A stretch of 64,000 nucleotides of DNA from Flectonema sp. DT1601 (Eukaryota), in NCBI GenBank assembly GCA_964019425.1, contig OZ025791.1, positions 62,001-126,000 on the forward strand, written 5' to 3'. Each line of letters starts with the position of its first letter. The stretch's first letter is position 1. Below, in pieces: positions 10,446 to 22,581 of this stretch. The notes below the pieces were generated by a model. That model was not told the DNA's origin, did no database searches, and worked only from the letters and a program-made list of their open reading frames with translations. The translations under genes were made by a program, and so were the position numbers.

Positions 10446-11633
10446 TTAACGACAACAAACATGAAAAACACAAGCCGCAAACAGCTGCTGCGCAAGCCGA
10501 AACTTCCTTTTTTCTCCGCTACTCATGCCGGCAAACAAACCCAAGAAATTGACAATTTCAAAGGAGAGCAATACCAACAACAAAACAATCCAAAGAAGAA
10601 AAGAACAGGCATCGGAAAGCGCGGCGACAGCTTCAAACAAATACTTAATGTCAACTTTATTGACTACGGCTGCCGCCTCGACTTTCCATCCCCTGAAGAT
10701 GCGTTCCAAGTGTTTCTTGCTCTGATCAATCCGGTGATTGATGCAAAACAGCTTAACACTCTGGTCAGCAATCTCCGTACATGCAACCACTTTCCCGAAC
10801 CCCCCGCGAATCACCTCGGACGCAGACTTCAGATCTGCCTCGACCGAGCGATAAGCACCAATGGGTCCAGCAAAAAAAGAAAGGAAACATGCCTCCAGTT
10901 CGGAGCGAACGCTTCTCGAAAACAAGAGAAACCGATCAAACAGAGAAAGTACAGAGAACATGAAGTCAGCCGCTGAACTGGCTGCTTCATTCACCCAAGC
11001 CATTACGAGGTCAGCAAACCTGACACACTCGAGCTCAAGCGCACCCCAGACACCGTGCGTGATGTCGGAGAGTTCCGCTTCACAAGTGCGCACCACATCG
11101 AGAAGCTTCACCCGGGTTATCGCGAACCGGATCCCGAAGCACTTCACGAGTCTATCGGTGGCACTGTGATCGGAGCATTGGCTGCTCCTCATCAGCTCTT
11201 CGACGGCCACTCTGCTCGCGGAACCAAACGCCCTCCTCATCGTGTCACCCACACGGTGCGGAATACTTTTACCAACAGAGTGCGGCACGTCAGCATGACA
11301 CGCAGACTCGTTGACGTTGGTGTTGCCGTTGACGTTGGCGTTGGCTTTGGCGTTGGCTTTGGCGTTGGCGTTGGCGTTGGCGTTGGCGTTGGCGTTGTCG
11401 CTGGAGCTGGAGTTGGCGTCAGTGGAGGTGTTGTTGTCGATAATACAACACCACTTGTCGATAATAGTGGTGGTGGTGGTGGTGTTCGTCGTCGTCGTCG
11501 TTGTCGCAACAACTTCGGCGGGCTCTTCGAACATTCCCAGCATCAATCCAACTGGAGGCAAGTCAGGCAGACCGCATCCAAAGCAGAACACCGTCCACCA
11601 GAATACTCCCACAAATCCGATGATGGCAAACAT
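10446..11633 (-). CDS. Orphan membrane-protein ORF, copy 3 (395 aa)
   Basis: As copy 2 with one fewer Asn-Ala hexamer. Confidence 0.6.
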   Translation of the reverse strand: MFAIIGFVGVFWWTVFCFGCGLPDLPPVGLMLGMFEEPAEVVATTTTTTNTTTTTTIIDKWCCIIDNNTSTDANSSSSDNANANANANANAKANAKANANVNGNTNVNESACHADVPHSVGKSIPHRVGDTMRRAFGSASRVAVEELMRSSQCSDHSATDRLVKCFGIRFAITRVKLLDVVRTCEAELSDITHGVWGALELECVRFADLVMAWVNEAASSAADFMFSVLSLFDRFLLFSRSVRSELEACFLSFFAGPIGAYRSVEADLKSASEVIRGGFGKVVACTEIADQSVKLFCINHRIDQSKKHLERIFRGWKVEAAAVVNKVDIKYLFEAVAALSDACSFLLWIVLLLVLLSFEIVNFLGLFAGMSSGEKRKFRLAQQLFAACVFHVCCR

Positions 11634-14326
11634 TTTTTTGTGCTTTGTTTTGTCTTAAGCCTGATAGAAGGAAAGGAAGTAACATCATGCCAATCCAGCA
11701 ATAAAATATCAAGAGATCTGAACTTTGCTTTTACCACCAAAAGAGAGTACATTTCCAACTGAGAATCCTGAGGAATAATGAGGGCCCATTTGGGGATCAT
11801 GGAGAAGGCACACCGCGGTATATTATAAGAAGCTCACAAAAGAAGGTAACCTATCAGAATTGGTAGCCACAAATCAATAAGAACCATAAAACATATCAAA
11901 TAAATCATTCCATTCCCACGTCACTTATCGACTTGTGCGCGGCTGAAGGCGGGAAATATTGATATAACAAAACATACCACATAAAGCATTCCACTCCCAC
12001 GTCACTTATCGAACTTCACCACAAATCACAACACGAAGCAAGTTCAGTTCAATCAAGGAAAGGTGTAAAATCTTAAAAAGCAGATTTATGGTTAACAATC
12101 AATAAGAAATAGTTCCACACAGATCAAACATGCCCACCCCCCCGGGACACGCGACACACACAAACCAATGGGCACTCAAAAACGAAACACGTGCAAAAAT
12201 CACCAGCACTCAAACCACAATAAGAACTCATCAGAGTTAAACAACACGACACTTAATTCCAACACAAACACAACACAACTTCACCACAAATCACAACACG
12301 AAGAACAAGTTCAGTAAATTCAAGGAAGGCAAAAGAAATAGTTTCACAGAAACATCTGACACAGACACACGAGCACTCAAACTACACATATGAACACACA
12401 ACACACACACACAAAGAGTAATGAGAACTCGTCAGAGTTTCAACAAACAATACACAACACATACATGCATACACACACACCGAGAGGAGGTTCAGTGAAG
12501 CTTCTGCTCACCTCATCATAAGTTCAGCTCCTGTTAAAAAAAAATGAAAATATATACAAAAGTTACAAAATTGCAAACACCCTCTCATGTCACCATCACC
12601 GCAAAGCCCTCTCAACGATCCCTCCTTCCATCACACGGCAAGTGGTACCATTTTCCACTTAACTTACTCTCCCCTCTCCACCACATCACTTGTGACATGT
12701 CCTTTCTGATAATAAAAAGAAGAAAGAATGATTGCAAACAAACGAACAGAACAAACAACAAATTAATAGCCAAAAGTCAGCGGCAAAACCTTTCCCCCCC
12801 GACCCCGACACGCAAGGCGTATTTGTTTGTGCGTTCAGGGGAATCACCACACGGAAGGAATGCCATTCGCTAGACTTTAAAAGAAAGGTACGAAATCAAC
12901 GAAAAGAAAGTGTTTATAAAAATTATTTAAAAAAAAGAAAATAAAGAAATGTTGCGCCGGGAAGGTCATTTGGGGAATTCAATTGAAATGTGAAAGTGAA
13001 CTGATTACATTGCAAAACAATCGCGCGTTATTACAATACAGTACCTATACAAAAGTACAATATTATCATTATCATTGTTAGTTTTATTATTATTATTTCT
13101 CACCAGGGGGGCGTGACTCCTGCGTGAAGAAGGAAACACACAACCCCCCACTCCTGAAGACTTGTAACTGCCGTGAGGCCGTCATCACAACGACAACGAC
13201 AACCACAACGACAACGACGGCAGGCACGAAAAAAAAGAAGAAAAATGACAAGACAACAACAACAACCCACATGGGTGACGAATGAAAGCAGTACTGATCA
13301 CAGGATTTTACTTTTTCTAAATCGAAAATGTCAGAGAGAGAGAGACGATAAGTATATTGCTGCAAAAGATTGAATTTCATTTACCAAAATTAGAGATTTA
13401 ACCGCACACCACCACCACTACTATCATCATCATCATGATCATGATCTCAGATGGTGGCTCCTTCCTCAGTAATATGAACACGTCCTGAACATCAAAAACA
13501 GTTCACAGAGCAAGAAAACACTGCTTAGCAAAAATACCAATCAAATCACAGCAGCAGCAGCTGGCTCACTCGCATACATATTGCCATTCTCTCTCGTGCG
13601 TCTCCTCCTCTCTTCATTCACTTCCCCCATTTACCTGCCAACCTCCAATCCCGAGTAGCCTCCCACGACAAGTTTTGCCACGAGCGTTGCTATGTTGGGA
13701 AACCTAGCTCTCTGTGCGAGAAACCAGGAAATCCGCTGATAACTACACTCCGATGACCAACTGAGTGGGCGCTCAACTCGGATCATTGAGGCTGGTTCCG
13801 TCTCGGCGAGGAACTGCAGCTGCTGCGTGAGTCGAGTTGGTCAGCTTTTGCTAAAACTCACCAAGGAACAGGAAGTGAGAATCGAGTTGGTAAATGTTGT
13901 TGTTGTTTTTGTTGTGGTAGTTTTTACGGGATACTCGGCAACTGCCGCAAGAGTATCCCTATGATCGAGGAGCAGCACAAACAAAACCAGGGTGAAATTG
14001 TTTTTCTTTTTTTCCTCTCTCTCTCTCTCAATACGTAAAAGGTCAGTTTTGTTTTCTTTGCATTGTCTCTCTCTCTCTCTCTCTCTGTATCTCTCGTTCC
14101 GTCTCTCTCGCAGTAAAAACAAAAAAAAGGGTGAAAATCAGCAAAACTGGTTTTCCTTTTTCCCAGCCTCTCAAAAGACCAGAGCACTTGCCACCGCGAG
14201 AGAGTGAGAGAAAAGAGAAGGGGAAAAAAAAAAAGGAAGACAGCAGACTGGACCATCACATCCACAACATCAACGAGAACAACATTGGAGCGGGGGGATC
14301 GGCAGCGTGTGCCTTCCCTCCCGCGG

Positions 14327-14701
14327 AAACAAATAAAGAAAGGTATCCAAAACAAAGTAAAGAATGGTACACAAAACAAATAAAGAAAGGTATCCAAAAC
14401 AAAGTAAAGAATGGTACACAAAACAAATAAAGAAAGGTATATAAAACAAAGTTAAGAAAGGTACACAAAACAAATAAAGAATGGTATACAAAGCAAATAA
14501 AGAAAGGTATATAAAACAAAGTTAAGAAAGGTATACAAAACAAATAAAGAAAGGTATATAAAACAAATAAAGAAAGGTATACAAAACAAATAAAGAATGG
14601 TATACAAAACAAATAAAGAAAGGTATACAAAACAAATAAAGAAAGGTATATAAAGCAAAGTTAAGAAAGGTATACAAAACAAAGTAAAGAAAGGTATACA
14701 A
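14327..14701. repeat. 23/24-bp minisatellite, 16 copies
   Basis: Same monomer, 117 bp longer than in unit 1. Confidence 0.95.
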
Positions 14702-15924
14702 TCTCCTCATGGGTGAATGCCAGAGAGAGAGAGCCTTTGCAGGTCGTCTCTCCAGACTTGCACTGCCAAGAGAAAATAAACGTTTTTTCCGCGACTGGTA
14801 CCGAGGGATGGGATCTTTTTTGTTTTTTAAATTTTTTAAGGTTTTTTTATTTTTATTTTTTGTTAAATTGAAAAGAAGAAATGAAAAATTGGACACAAAA
14901 ACTCCACAATCTCAAAGCAAATCAAGAAAATAATAATATTCTCTCTTTTCAGCCTTTTGTTGTTCGTCGAAGTGAAGAGCCAGAGCATCGGAGTTGCAAC
15001 TTCCGGGTTCCGGTTTTCCTTCTTTCAGTGCGTTTATTAGTTTTCGTGTGCCAGCAAAAAAAAAAAAAAATAAAATAAAATAAAATAAAATCCGACACAA
15101 TTCTCCAAAAGACCATTCACATTTCGCCCCCGTGTTGTTAAAGAAAATTTCTTGTTGTTGGTTATGAGAAAAATGAAAATGAAAATGTCTATCGGCCGAG
15201 AGAGTAGTTGTACTCTCTCGCTCGACGACAAGACAACAACAACAACAACGACAACGACAACGACAACAACTTACTAACCCAGATGTGAATGGCCCGTACT
15301 TTCTACTACTACTTGTCGGGGGAAAAAAAAAAAGAAAAGAGAAGTTCGTGTAAAGGAAATCCATCTCACCTACCTTAATTCACAAAAGCAGCAATGCAAT
15401 TGCAGCTGTCAGAAATGAAGAAGCGGCATCTAAAAACTAGAAAACAACTAAAAAAAAAAAAGACAGAACCATTTTTCTTTGAACTTCAAACGAAAAAAAA
15501 ACATGGCTGTCTCTCTCTCTCTCTCTCTCCACTCATGGCAGAGTTAGTTAATTGTCTTCAAAGTTTAATACGGTATTTTTCTTCATAACAGGAAGGAAAA
15601 CAAGGAGGAGGATAGATGAAAAAAATGAAAGGAGGAAAAAAAAAAAAAAAAAAAAAGAAAAGTGTGCGGTACATTCTTTTTGTTTTGAATTTTTTTTTTT
15701 TTTTTTTTTTTGTTGGAGTCGATCGTTTTTGTTTCTTTTTTTTTTTTTGAATAATTATACGCACATATTAATTGGGTTAAAGGGAAGTTGGTACAAAGGT
15801 CGCTTATTATTATTATTTTTTTTTTTTTTTTAGTTTTGGTTTTGGTTTTGGTTTTGCTTTTGCTTTTGGTTTTGCTTTTTTTTTTGTTGGGCTGCTGTTT
15901 TTTTCAAACAACAACAGAATTCAT

Positions 15925-17100
15925 TTAACGACAACAAACATGAAAAACACAAGCCGCAAACAGCTGCTGCGCAAGCCGAAACTTCCTTTTTTCTCCGCTA
16001 CTCATGCCGGCAAACAAACCCAAGAAATTGACAATTTCAAAGGAGAGCAATACCAACAACAAAACAATCCAAAGAAGAAAAGAACAGGCATCGGAAAGCG
16101 CGGCGACAGCTTCAAACAAATACTTAATGTCAACTTTATTGACTACGGCTGCCGCCTCGACTTTCCATCCCCTGAAGATGCGTTCCAAGTGTTTCTTGCT
16201 CTGATCAATCCGGTGATTGATGCAAAACAGCTTAACACTCTGGTCAGCAATCTCCGTACATGCAACCACTTTCCCGAACCCCCCGCGAATCACCTCGGAC
16301 GCAGACTTCAGATCTGCCTCGACCGAGCGATAAGCACCAATGGGTCCAGCAAAAAAAGAAAGGAAACATGCCTCCAGTTCGGAGCGAACGCTTCTCGAAA
16401 ACAAGAGAAACCGATCAAACAGAGAAAGTACAGAGAACATGAAGTCAGCCGCTGAACTGGCTGCTTCATTCACCCAAGCCATTACGAGGTCAGCAAACCT
16501 GACACACTCGAGCTCAAGCGCACCCCAGACACCGTGCGTGATGTCGGAGAGTTCCGCTTCACAAGTGCGCACCACATCGAGAAGCTTCACCCGGGTTATC
16601 GCGAACCGGATCCCGAAGCACTTCACGAGTCTATCGGTGGCACTGTGATCGGAGCATTGGCTGCTCCTCATCAGCTCTTCGACGGCCACTCTGCTCGCGG
16701 AACCAAACGCCCTCCTCATCGTGTCACCCACACGGTGCGGAATACTTTTACCAACAGAGTGCGGCACGTCAGCATGACACGCAGACTCGTTGACGTTGGT
16801 GTTGCCGTTGACGTTGGCGTTGGCTTTGGCGTTGGCTTTGGCGTTGGCGTTGGCGTTGGCGTTGTCGCTGGAGCTGGAGTTGGCGTCAGTGGAGGTGTTG
16901 TTGTCGATAATACAACACCACTTGTCGATAATAGTGGTGGTGGTGGTGGTGTTCGTCGTCGTCGTCGTTGTCGCAACAACTTCGGCGGGCTCTTCGAACA
17001 TTCCCAGCATCAATCCAACTGGAGGCAAGTCAGGCAGACCGCATCCAAAGCAGAACACCGTCCACCAGAATACTCCCACAAATCCGATGATGGCAAACAT
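15925..17100 (-). CDS. Orphan membrane-protein ORF, copy 4 (391 aa)
   Basis: As copy 2 with three fewer Asn-Ala hexamers. Confidence 0.6.
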   Translation of the reverse strand: MFAIIGFVGVFWWTVFCFGCGLPDLPPVGLMLGMFEEPAEVVATTTTTTNTTTTTTIIDKWCCIIDNNTSTDANSSSSDNANANANAKANAKANANVNGNTNVNESACHADVPHSVGKSIPHRVGDTMRRAFGSASRVAVEELMRSSQCSDHSATDRLVKCFGIRFAITRVKLLDVVRTCEAELSDITHGVWGALELECVRFADLVMAWVNEAASSAADFMFSVLSLFDRFLLFSRSVRSELEACFLSFFAGPIGAYRSVEADLKSASEVIRGGFGKVVACTEIADQSVKLFCINHRIDQSKKHLERIFRGWKVEAAAVVNKVDIKYLFEAVAALSDACSFLLWIVLLLVLLSFEIVNFLGLFAGMSSGEKRKFRLAQQLFAACVFHVCCR

Positions 17101-19793
17101 TTTTTTGTGCTTTGTTTTGTCTTAAGCCTGATAGAAGGAAAGGAAGTAACATCATGCCAATCCAGCAATAAAATATCAAGAGATCTGAACTTTGCTTTTA
17201 CCACCAAAAGAGAGTACATTTCCAACTGAGAATCCTGAGGAATAATGAGGGCCCATTTGGGGATCATGGAGAAGGCACACCGCGGTATATTATAAGAAGC
17301 TCACAAAAGAAGGTAACCTATCAGAATTGGTAGCCACAAATCAATAAGAACCATAAAACATATCAAATAAATCATTCCATTCCCACGTCACTTATCGACT
17401 TGTGCGCGGCTGAAGGCGGGAAATATTGATATAACAAAACATACCACATAAAGCATTCCACTCCCACGTCACTTATCGAACTTCACCACAAATCACAACA
17501 CGAAGCAAGTTCAGTTCAATCAAGGAAAGGTGTAAAATCTTAAAAAGCAGATTTATGGTTAACAATCAATAAGAAATAGTTCCACACAGATCAAACATGC
17601 CCACCCCCCCGGGACACGCGACACACACAAACCAATGGGCACTCAAAAACGAAACACGTGCAAAAATCACCAGCACTCAAACCACAATAAGAACTCATCA
17701 GAGTTAAACAACACGACACTTAATTCCAACACAAACACAACACAACTTCACCACAAATCACAACACGAAGAACAAGTTCAGTAAATTCAAGGAAGGCAAA
17801 AGAAATAGTTTCACAGAAACATCTGACACAGACACACGAGCACTCAAACTACACATATGAACACACAACACACACACACAAAGAGTAATGAGAACTCGTC
17901 AGAGTTTCAACAAACAATACACAACACATACATGCATACACACACACCGAGAGGAGGTTCAGTGAAGCTTCTGCTCACCTCATCATAAGTTCAGCTCCTG
18001 TTAAAAAAAAATGAAAATATATACAAAAGTTACAAAATTGCAAACACCCTCTCATGTCACCATCACCGCAAAGCCCTCTCAACGATCCCTCCTTCCATCA
18101 CACGGCAAGTGGTACCATTTTCCACTTAACTTACTCTCCCCTCTCCACCACATCACTTGTGACATGTCCTTTCTGATAATAAAAAGAAGAAAGAATGATT
18201 GCAAACAAACGAACAGAACAAACAACAAATTAATAGCCAAAAGTCAGCGGCAAAACCTTTCCCCCCCGACCCCGACACGCAAGGCGTATTTGTTTGTGCG
18301 TTCAGGGGAATCACCACACGGAAGGAATGCCATTCGCTAGACTTTAAAAGAAAGGTACGAAATCAACGAAAAGAAAGTGTTTATAAAAATTATTTAAAAA
18401 AAAGAAAATAAAGAAATGTTGCGCCGGGAAGGTCATTTGGGGAATTCAATTGAAATGTGAAAGTGAACTGATTACATTGCAAAACAATCGCGCGTTATTA
18501 CAATACAGTACCTATACAAAAGTACAATATTATCATTATCATTGTTAGTTTTATTATTATTATTTCTCACCAGGGGGGCGTGACTCCTGCGTGAAGAAGG
18601 AAACACACAACCCCCCACTCCTGAAGACTTGTAACTGCCGTGAGGCCGTCATCACAACGACAACGACAACCACAACGACAACGACGGCAGGCACGAAAAA
18701 AAAGAAGAAAAATGACAAGACAACAACAACAACCCACATGGGTGACGAATGAAAGCAGTACTGATCACAGGATTTTACTTTTTCTAAATCGAAAATGTCA
18801 GAGAGAGAGAGACGATAAGTATATTGCTGCAAAAGATTGAATTTCATTTACCAAAATTAGAGATTTAACCGCACACCACCACCACTACTATCATCATCAT
18901 CATGATCATGATCTCAGATGGTGGCTCCTTCCTCAGTAATATGAACACGTCCTGAACATCAAAAACAGTTCACAGAGCAAGAAAACACTGCTTAGCAAAA
19001 ATACCAATCAAATCACAGCAGCAGCAGCTGGCTCACTCGCATACATATTGCCATTCTCTCTCGTGCGTCTCCTCCTCTCTTCATTCACTTCCCCCATTTA
19101 CCTGCCAACCTCCAATCCCGAGTAGCCTCCCACGACAAGTTTTGCCACGAGCGTTGCTATGTTGGGAAACCTAGCTCTCTGTGCGAGAAACCAGGAAATC
19201 CGCTGATAACTACACTCCGATGACCAACTGAGTGGGCGCTCAACTCGGATCATTGAGGCTGGTTCCGTCTCGGCGAGGAACTGCAGCTGCTGCGTGAGTC
19301 GAGTTGGTCAGCTTTTGCTAAAACTCACCAAGGAACAGGAAGTGAGAATCGAGTTGGTAAATGTTGTTGTTGTTTTTGTTGTGGTAGTTTTTACGGGATA
19401 CTCGGCAACTGCCGCAAGAGTATCCCTATGATCGAGGAGCAGCACAAACAAAACCAGGGTGAAATTGTTTTTCTTTTTTTCCTCTCTCTCTCTCTCAATA
19501 CGTAAAAGGTCAGTTTTGTTTTCTTTGCATTGTCTCTCTCTCTCTCTCTCTCTGTATCTCTCGTTCCGTCTCTCTCGCAGTAAAAACAAAAAAAAGGGTG
19601 AAAATCAGCAAAACTGGTTTTCCTTTTTCCCAGCCTCTCAAAAGACCAGAGCACTTGCCACCGCGAGAGAGTGAGAGAAAAGAGAAGGGGAAAAAAAAAA
19701 AGGAAGACAGCAGACTGGACCATCACATCCACAACATCAATGAGAACAACATTGGAGCGGGGGGATCGGCAGCGTGTGCCTTCCCTCCCGCGG

Positions 19794-20168
19794 AAACAAA
19801 TAAAGAAAGGTATCCAAAACAAAGTAAAGAATGGTACACAAAACAAATAAAGAAAGGTATCCAAAACAAAGTAAAGAATGGTACACAAAACAAATAAAGA
19901 AAGGTATATAAAACAAAGTTAAGAAAGGTACACAAAACAAATAAAGAATGGTATACAAAGCAAATAAAGAAAGGTATATAAAACAAAGTTAAGAAAGGTA
20001 TACAAAACAAATAAAGAAAGGTATATAAAACAAATAAAGAAAGGTATACAAAACAAATAAAGAATGGTATACAAAATAAATAAAGAAAGGTATACAAAAC
20101 AAATAAAGAAAGGTATATAAAGCAAAGTTAAGAAAGGTATACAAAACAAAGTAAAGAAAGGTATACAA
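19794..20168. repeat. 23/24-bp minisatellite, 16 copies
   Basis: As unit 3 with one point change. Confidence 0.95.
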
Positions 20169-21393
20169 TCTCCTCATGGGTGAATGCCAGAGAGAGAGAG
20201 CCTTTGCAGGTCGTCTCTCCAGACTTGCACTGCCAAGAGAAAATAAACGTTTTTTCCGCGACTGGTACCGAGGGATGGGATCTTTTTTGTTTTTTAAATT
20301 TTTTAAGGTTTTTTTATTTTTATTTTTTGTTAAATTGAAAAGAAGAAATGAAAAATTGGACACAAAAACTCCACAATCTCAAAGCAAATCAAGAAAATAA
20401 TAATATTCTCTCTTTTCAGCCTTTTGTTGTTCGTCGAAGTGAAGAGCCAGAGCATCGGAGTTGCAACTTCCGGGTTCCGGTTTTCCTTCTTTCAGTGCGT
20501 TTATTAGTTTTCGTGTGCCAGCAAAAAAAAAAAAAAATAAAATAAAATAAAATAAAATCCGACACAATTCTCCAAAAGACCATTCACATTTCGCCCCCGT
20601 GTTGTTAAAGAAAATTTCTTGTTGTTGGTTATGAGAAAAATGAAAATGAAAATGTCTATCGGCCGAGAGAGTAGTTGTACTCTCTCGCTCGACGACAAGA
20701 CAACAACAACAACAACGACAACGACAACGACAACAACTTACTAACCCAGATGTGAATGGCCCGTACTTTCTACTACTACTTGTCGGGGGAAAAAAAAAAA
20801 GAAAAGAGAAGTTCGTGTAAAGGAAATCCATCTCACCTACCTTAATTCACAAAAGCAGCAATGCAATTGCAGCTGTCAGAAATGAAGAAGCGGCATCTAA
20901 AAACTAGAAAACAACTAAAAAAAAAAAAGACAGAACCATTTTTCTTTGAACTTCAAACGAAAAAAAAACATGGCTGTCTCTCTCTCTCTCTCTCTCCACT
21001 CATGGCAGAGTTAGTTAATTGTCTTCAAAGTTTAATACGGTATTTTTCTTCATAACAGGAAGGAAAACAAGGAGGAGGATAGATGAAAAAAATGAAAGGA
21101 GGAAAAAAAAAAAAAAAAAAAAAAAGAAAAGTGTGCGGTACATTCTTTTTGTTTTGAATTTTTTTTTTTTTTTTTTTTTTGTTGGAGTCGATCGTTTTTG
21201 TTTCTTTTTTTTTTTTTGAATAATTATACGCACATATTAATTGGGTTAAAGGGAAGTTGGTACAAAGGTCGCTTATTATTATTATTTTTTTTTTTTTTTT
21301 AGTTTTGGTTTTGGTTTTGGTTTTGGTTTTGCTTTTGGTTTTGCTTTTTTTTTTGTTGGGCTGCTGTTTTTTTCAAACAACAACAGAATTCAT

Positions 21394-22581
21394 TTAACGA
21401 CAACAAACATGAAAAACACAAGCCGCAAACAGCTGCTGCGCAAGCCGAAACTTCCTTTTTTCTCCGCTACTCATGCCGGCAAACAAACCCAAGAAATTGA
21501 CAATTTCAAAGGAGAGCAATACCAACAACAAAACAATCCAAAGAAGAAAAGAACAGGCATCGGAAAGCGCGGCGACAGCTTCAAACAAATACTTAATGTC
21601 AACTTTATTGACTACGGCTGCCGCCTCGACTTTCCATCCCCTGAAGATGCGTTCCAAGTGTTTCTTGCTCTGATCAATCCGGTGATTGATGCAAAACAGC
21701 TTAACACTCTGGTCAGCAATCTCCGTACATGCAACCACTTTCCCGAACCCCCCGCGAATCACCTCGGACGCAGACTTCAGATCTGCCTCGACCGAGCGAT
21801 AAGCACCAATGGGTCCAGCAAAAAAAGAAAGGAAACATGCCTCCAGTTCGGAGCGAACGCTTCTCGAAAACAAGAGAAACCGATCAAACAGAGAAAGTAC
21901 AGAGAACATGAAGTCAGCCGCTGAACTGGCTGCTTCATTCACCCAAGCCATTACGAGGTCAGCAAACCTGACACACTCGAGCTCAAGCGCACCCCAGACA
22001 CCGTGCGTGATGTCGGAGAGTTCCGCTTCACAAGTGCGCACCACATCGAGAAGCTTCACCCGGGTTATCGCGAACCGGATCCCGAAGCACTTCACGAGTC
22101 TATCGGTGGCACTGTGATCGGAGCATTGGCTGCTCCTCATCAGCTCTTCGACGGCCACTCTGCTCGCGGAACCAAACGCCCTCCTCATCGTGTCACCCAC
22201 ACGGTGCGGAATACTTTTACCAACAGAGTGCGGCACGTCAGCATGACACGCAGACTCGTTGACGTTGGTGTTGCCGTTGACGTTGGCGTTGGCTTTGGCG
22301 TTGGCTTTGGCGTTGGCTTTGGCGTTGGCGTTGGCGTTGGCGTTGTCGCTGGAGCTGGAGTTGGCGTCAGTGGAGGTGTTGTTGTCGATAATACAACACC
22401 ACTTGTCGATAATAGTGGTGGTGGTGGTGGTGTTCGTCGTCGTCGTCGTTGTCGCAACAACTTCGGCGGGCTCTTCGAACATTCCCAGCATCAATCCAAC
22501 TGGAGGCAAGTCAGGCAGACCGCATCCAAAGCAGAACACCGTCCACCAGAATACTCCCACAAATCCGATGATGGCAAACAT
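21394..22581 (-). CDS. Orphan membrane-protein ORF, copy 5 (395 aa)
   Basis: As copy 4 plus one extra KANA 12-mer. Confidence 0.6.
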   Translation of the reverse strand: MFAIIGFVGVFWWTVFCFGCGLPDLPPVGLMLGMFEEPAEVVATTTTTTNTTTTTTIIDKWCCIIDNNTSTDANSSSSDNANANANAKANAKANAKANANVNGNTNVNESACHADVPHSVGKSIPHRVGDTMRRAFGSASRVAVEELMRSSQCSDHSATDRLVKCFGIRFAITRVKLLDVVRTCEAELSDITHGVWGALELECVRFADLVMAWVNEAASSAADFMFSVLSLFDRFLLFSRSVRSELEACFLSFFAGPIGAYRSVEADLKSASEVIRGGFGKVVACTEIADQSVKLFCINHRIDQSKKHLERIFRGWKVEAAAVVNKVDIKYLFEAVAALSDACSFLLWIVLLLVLLSFEIVNFLGLFAGMSSGEKRKFRLAQQLFAACVFHVCCR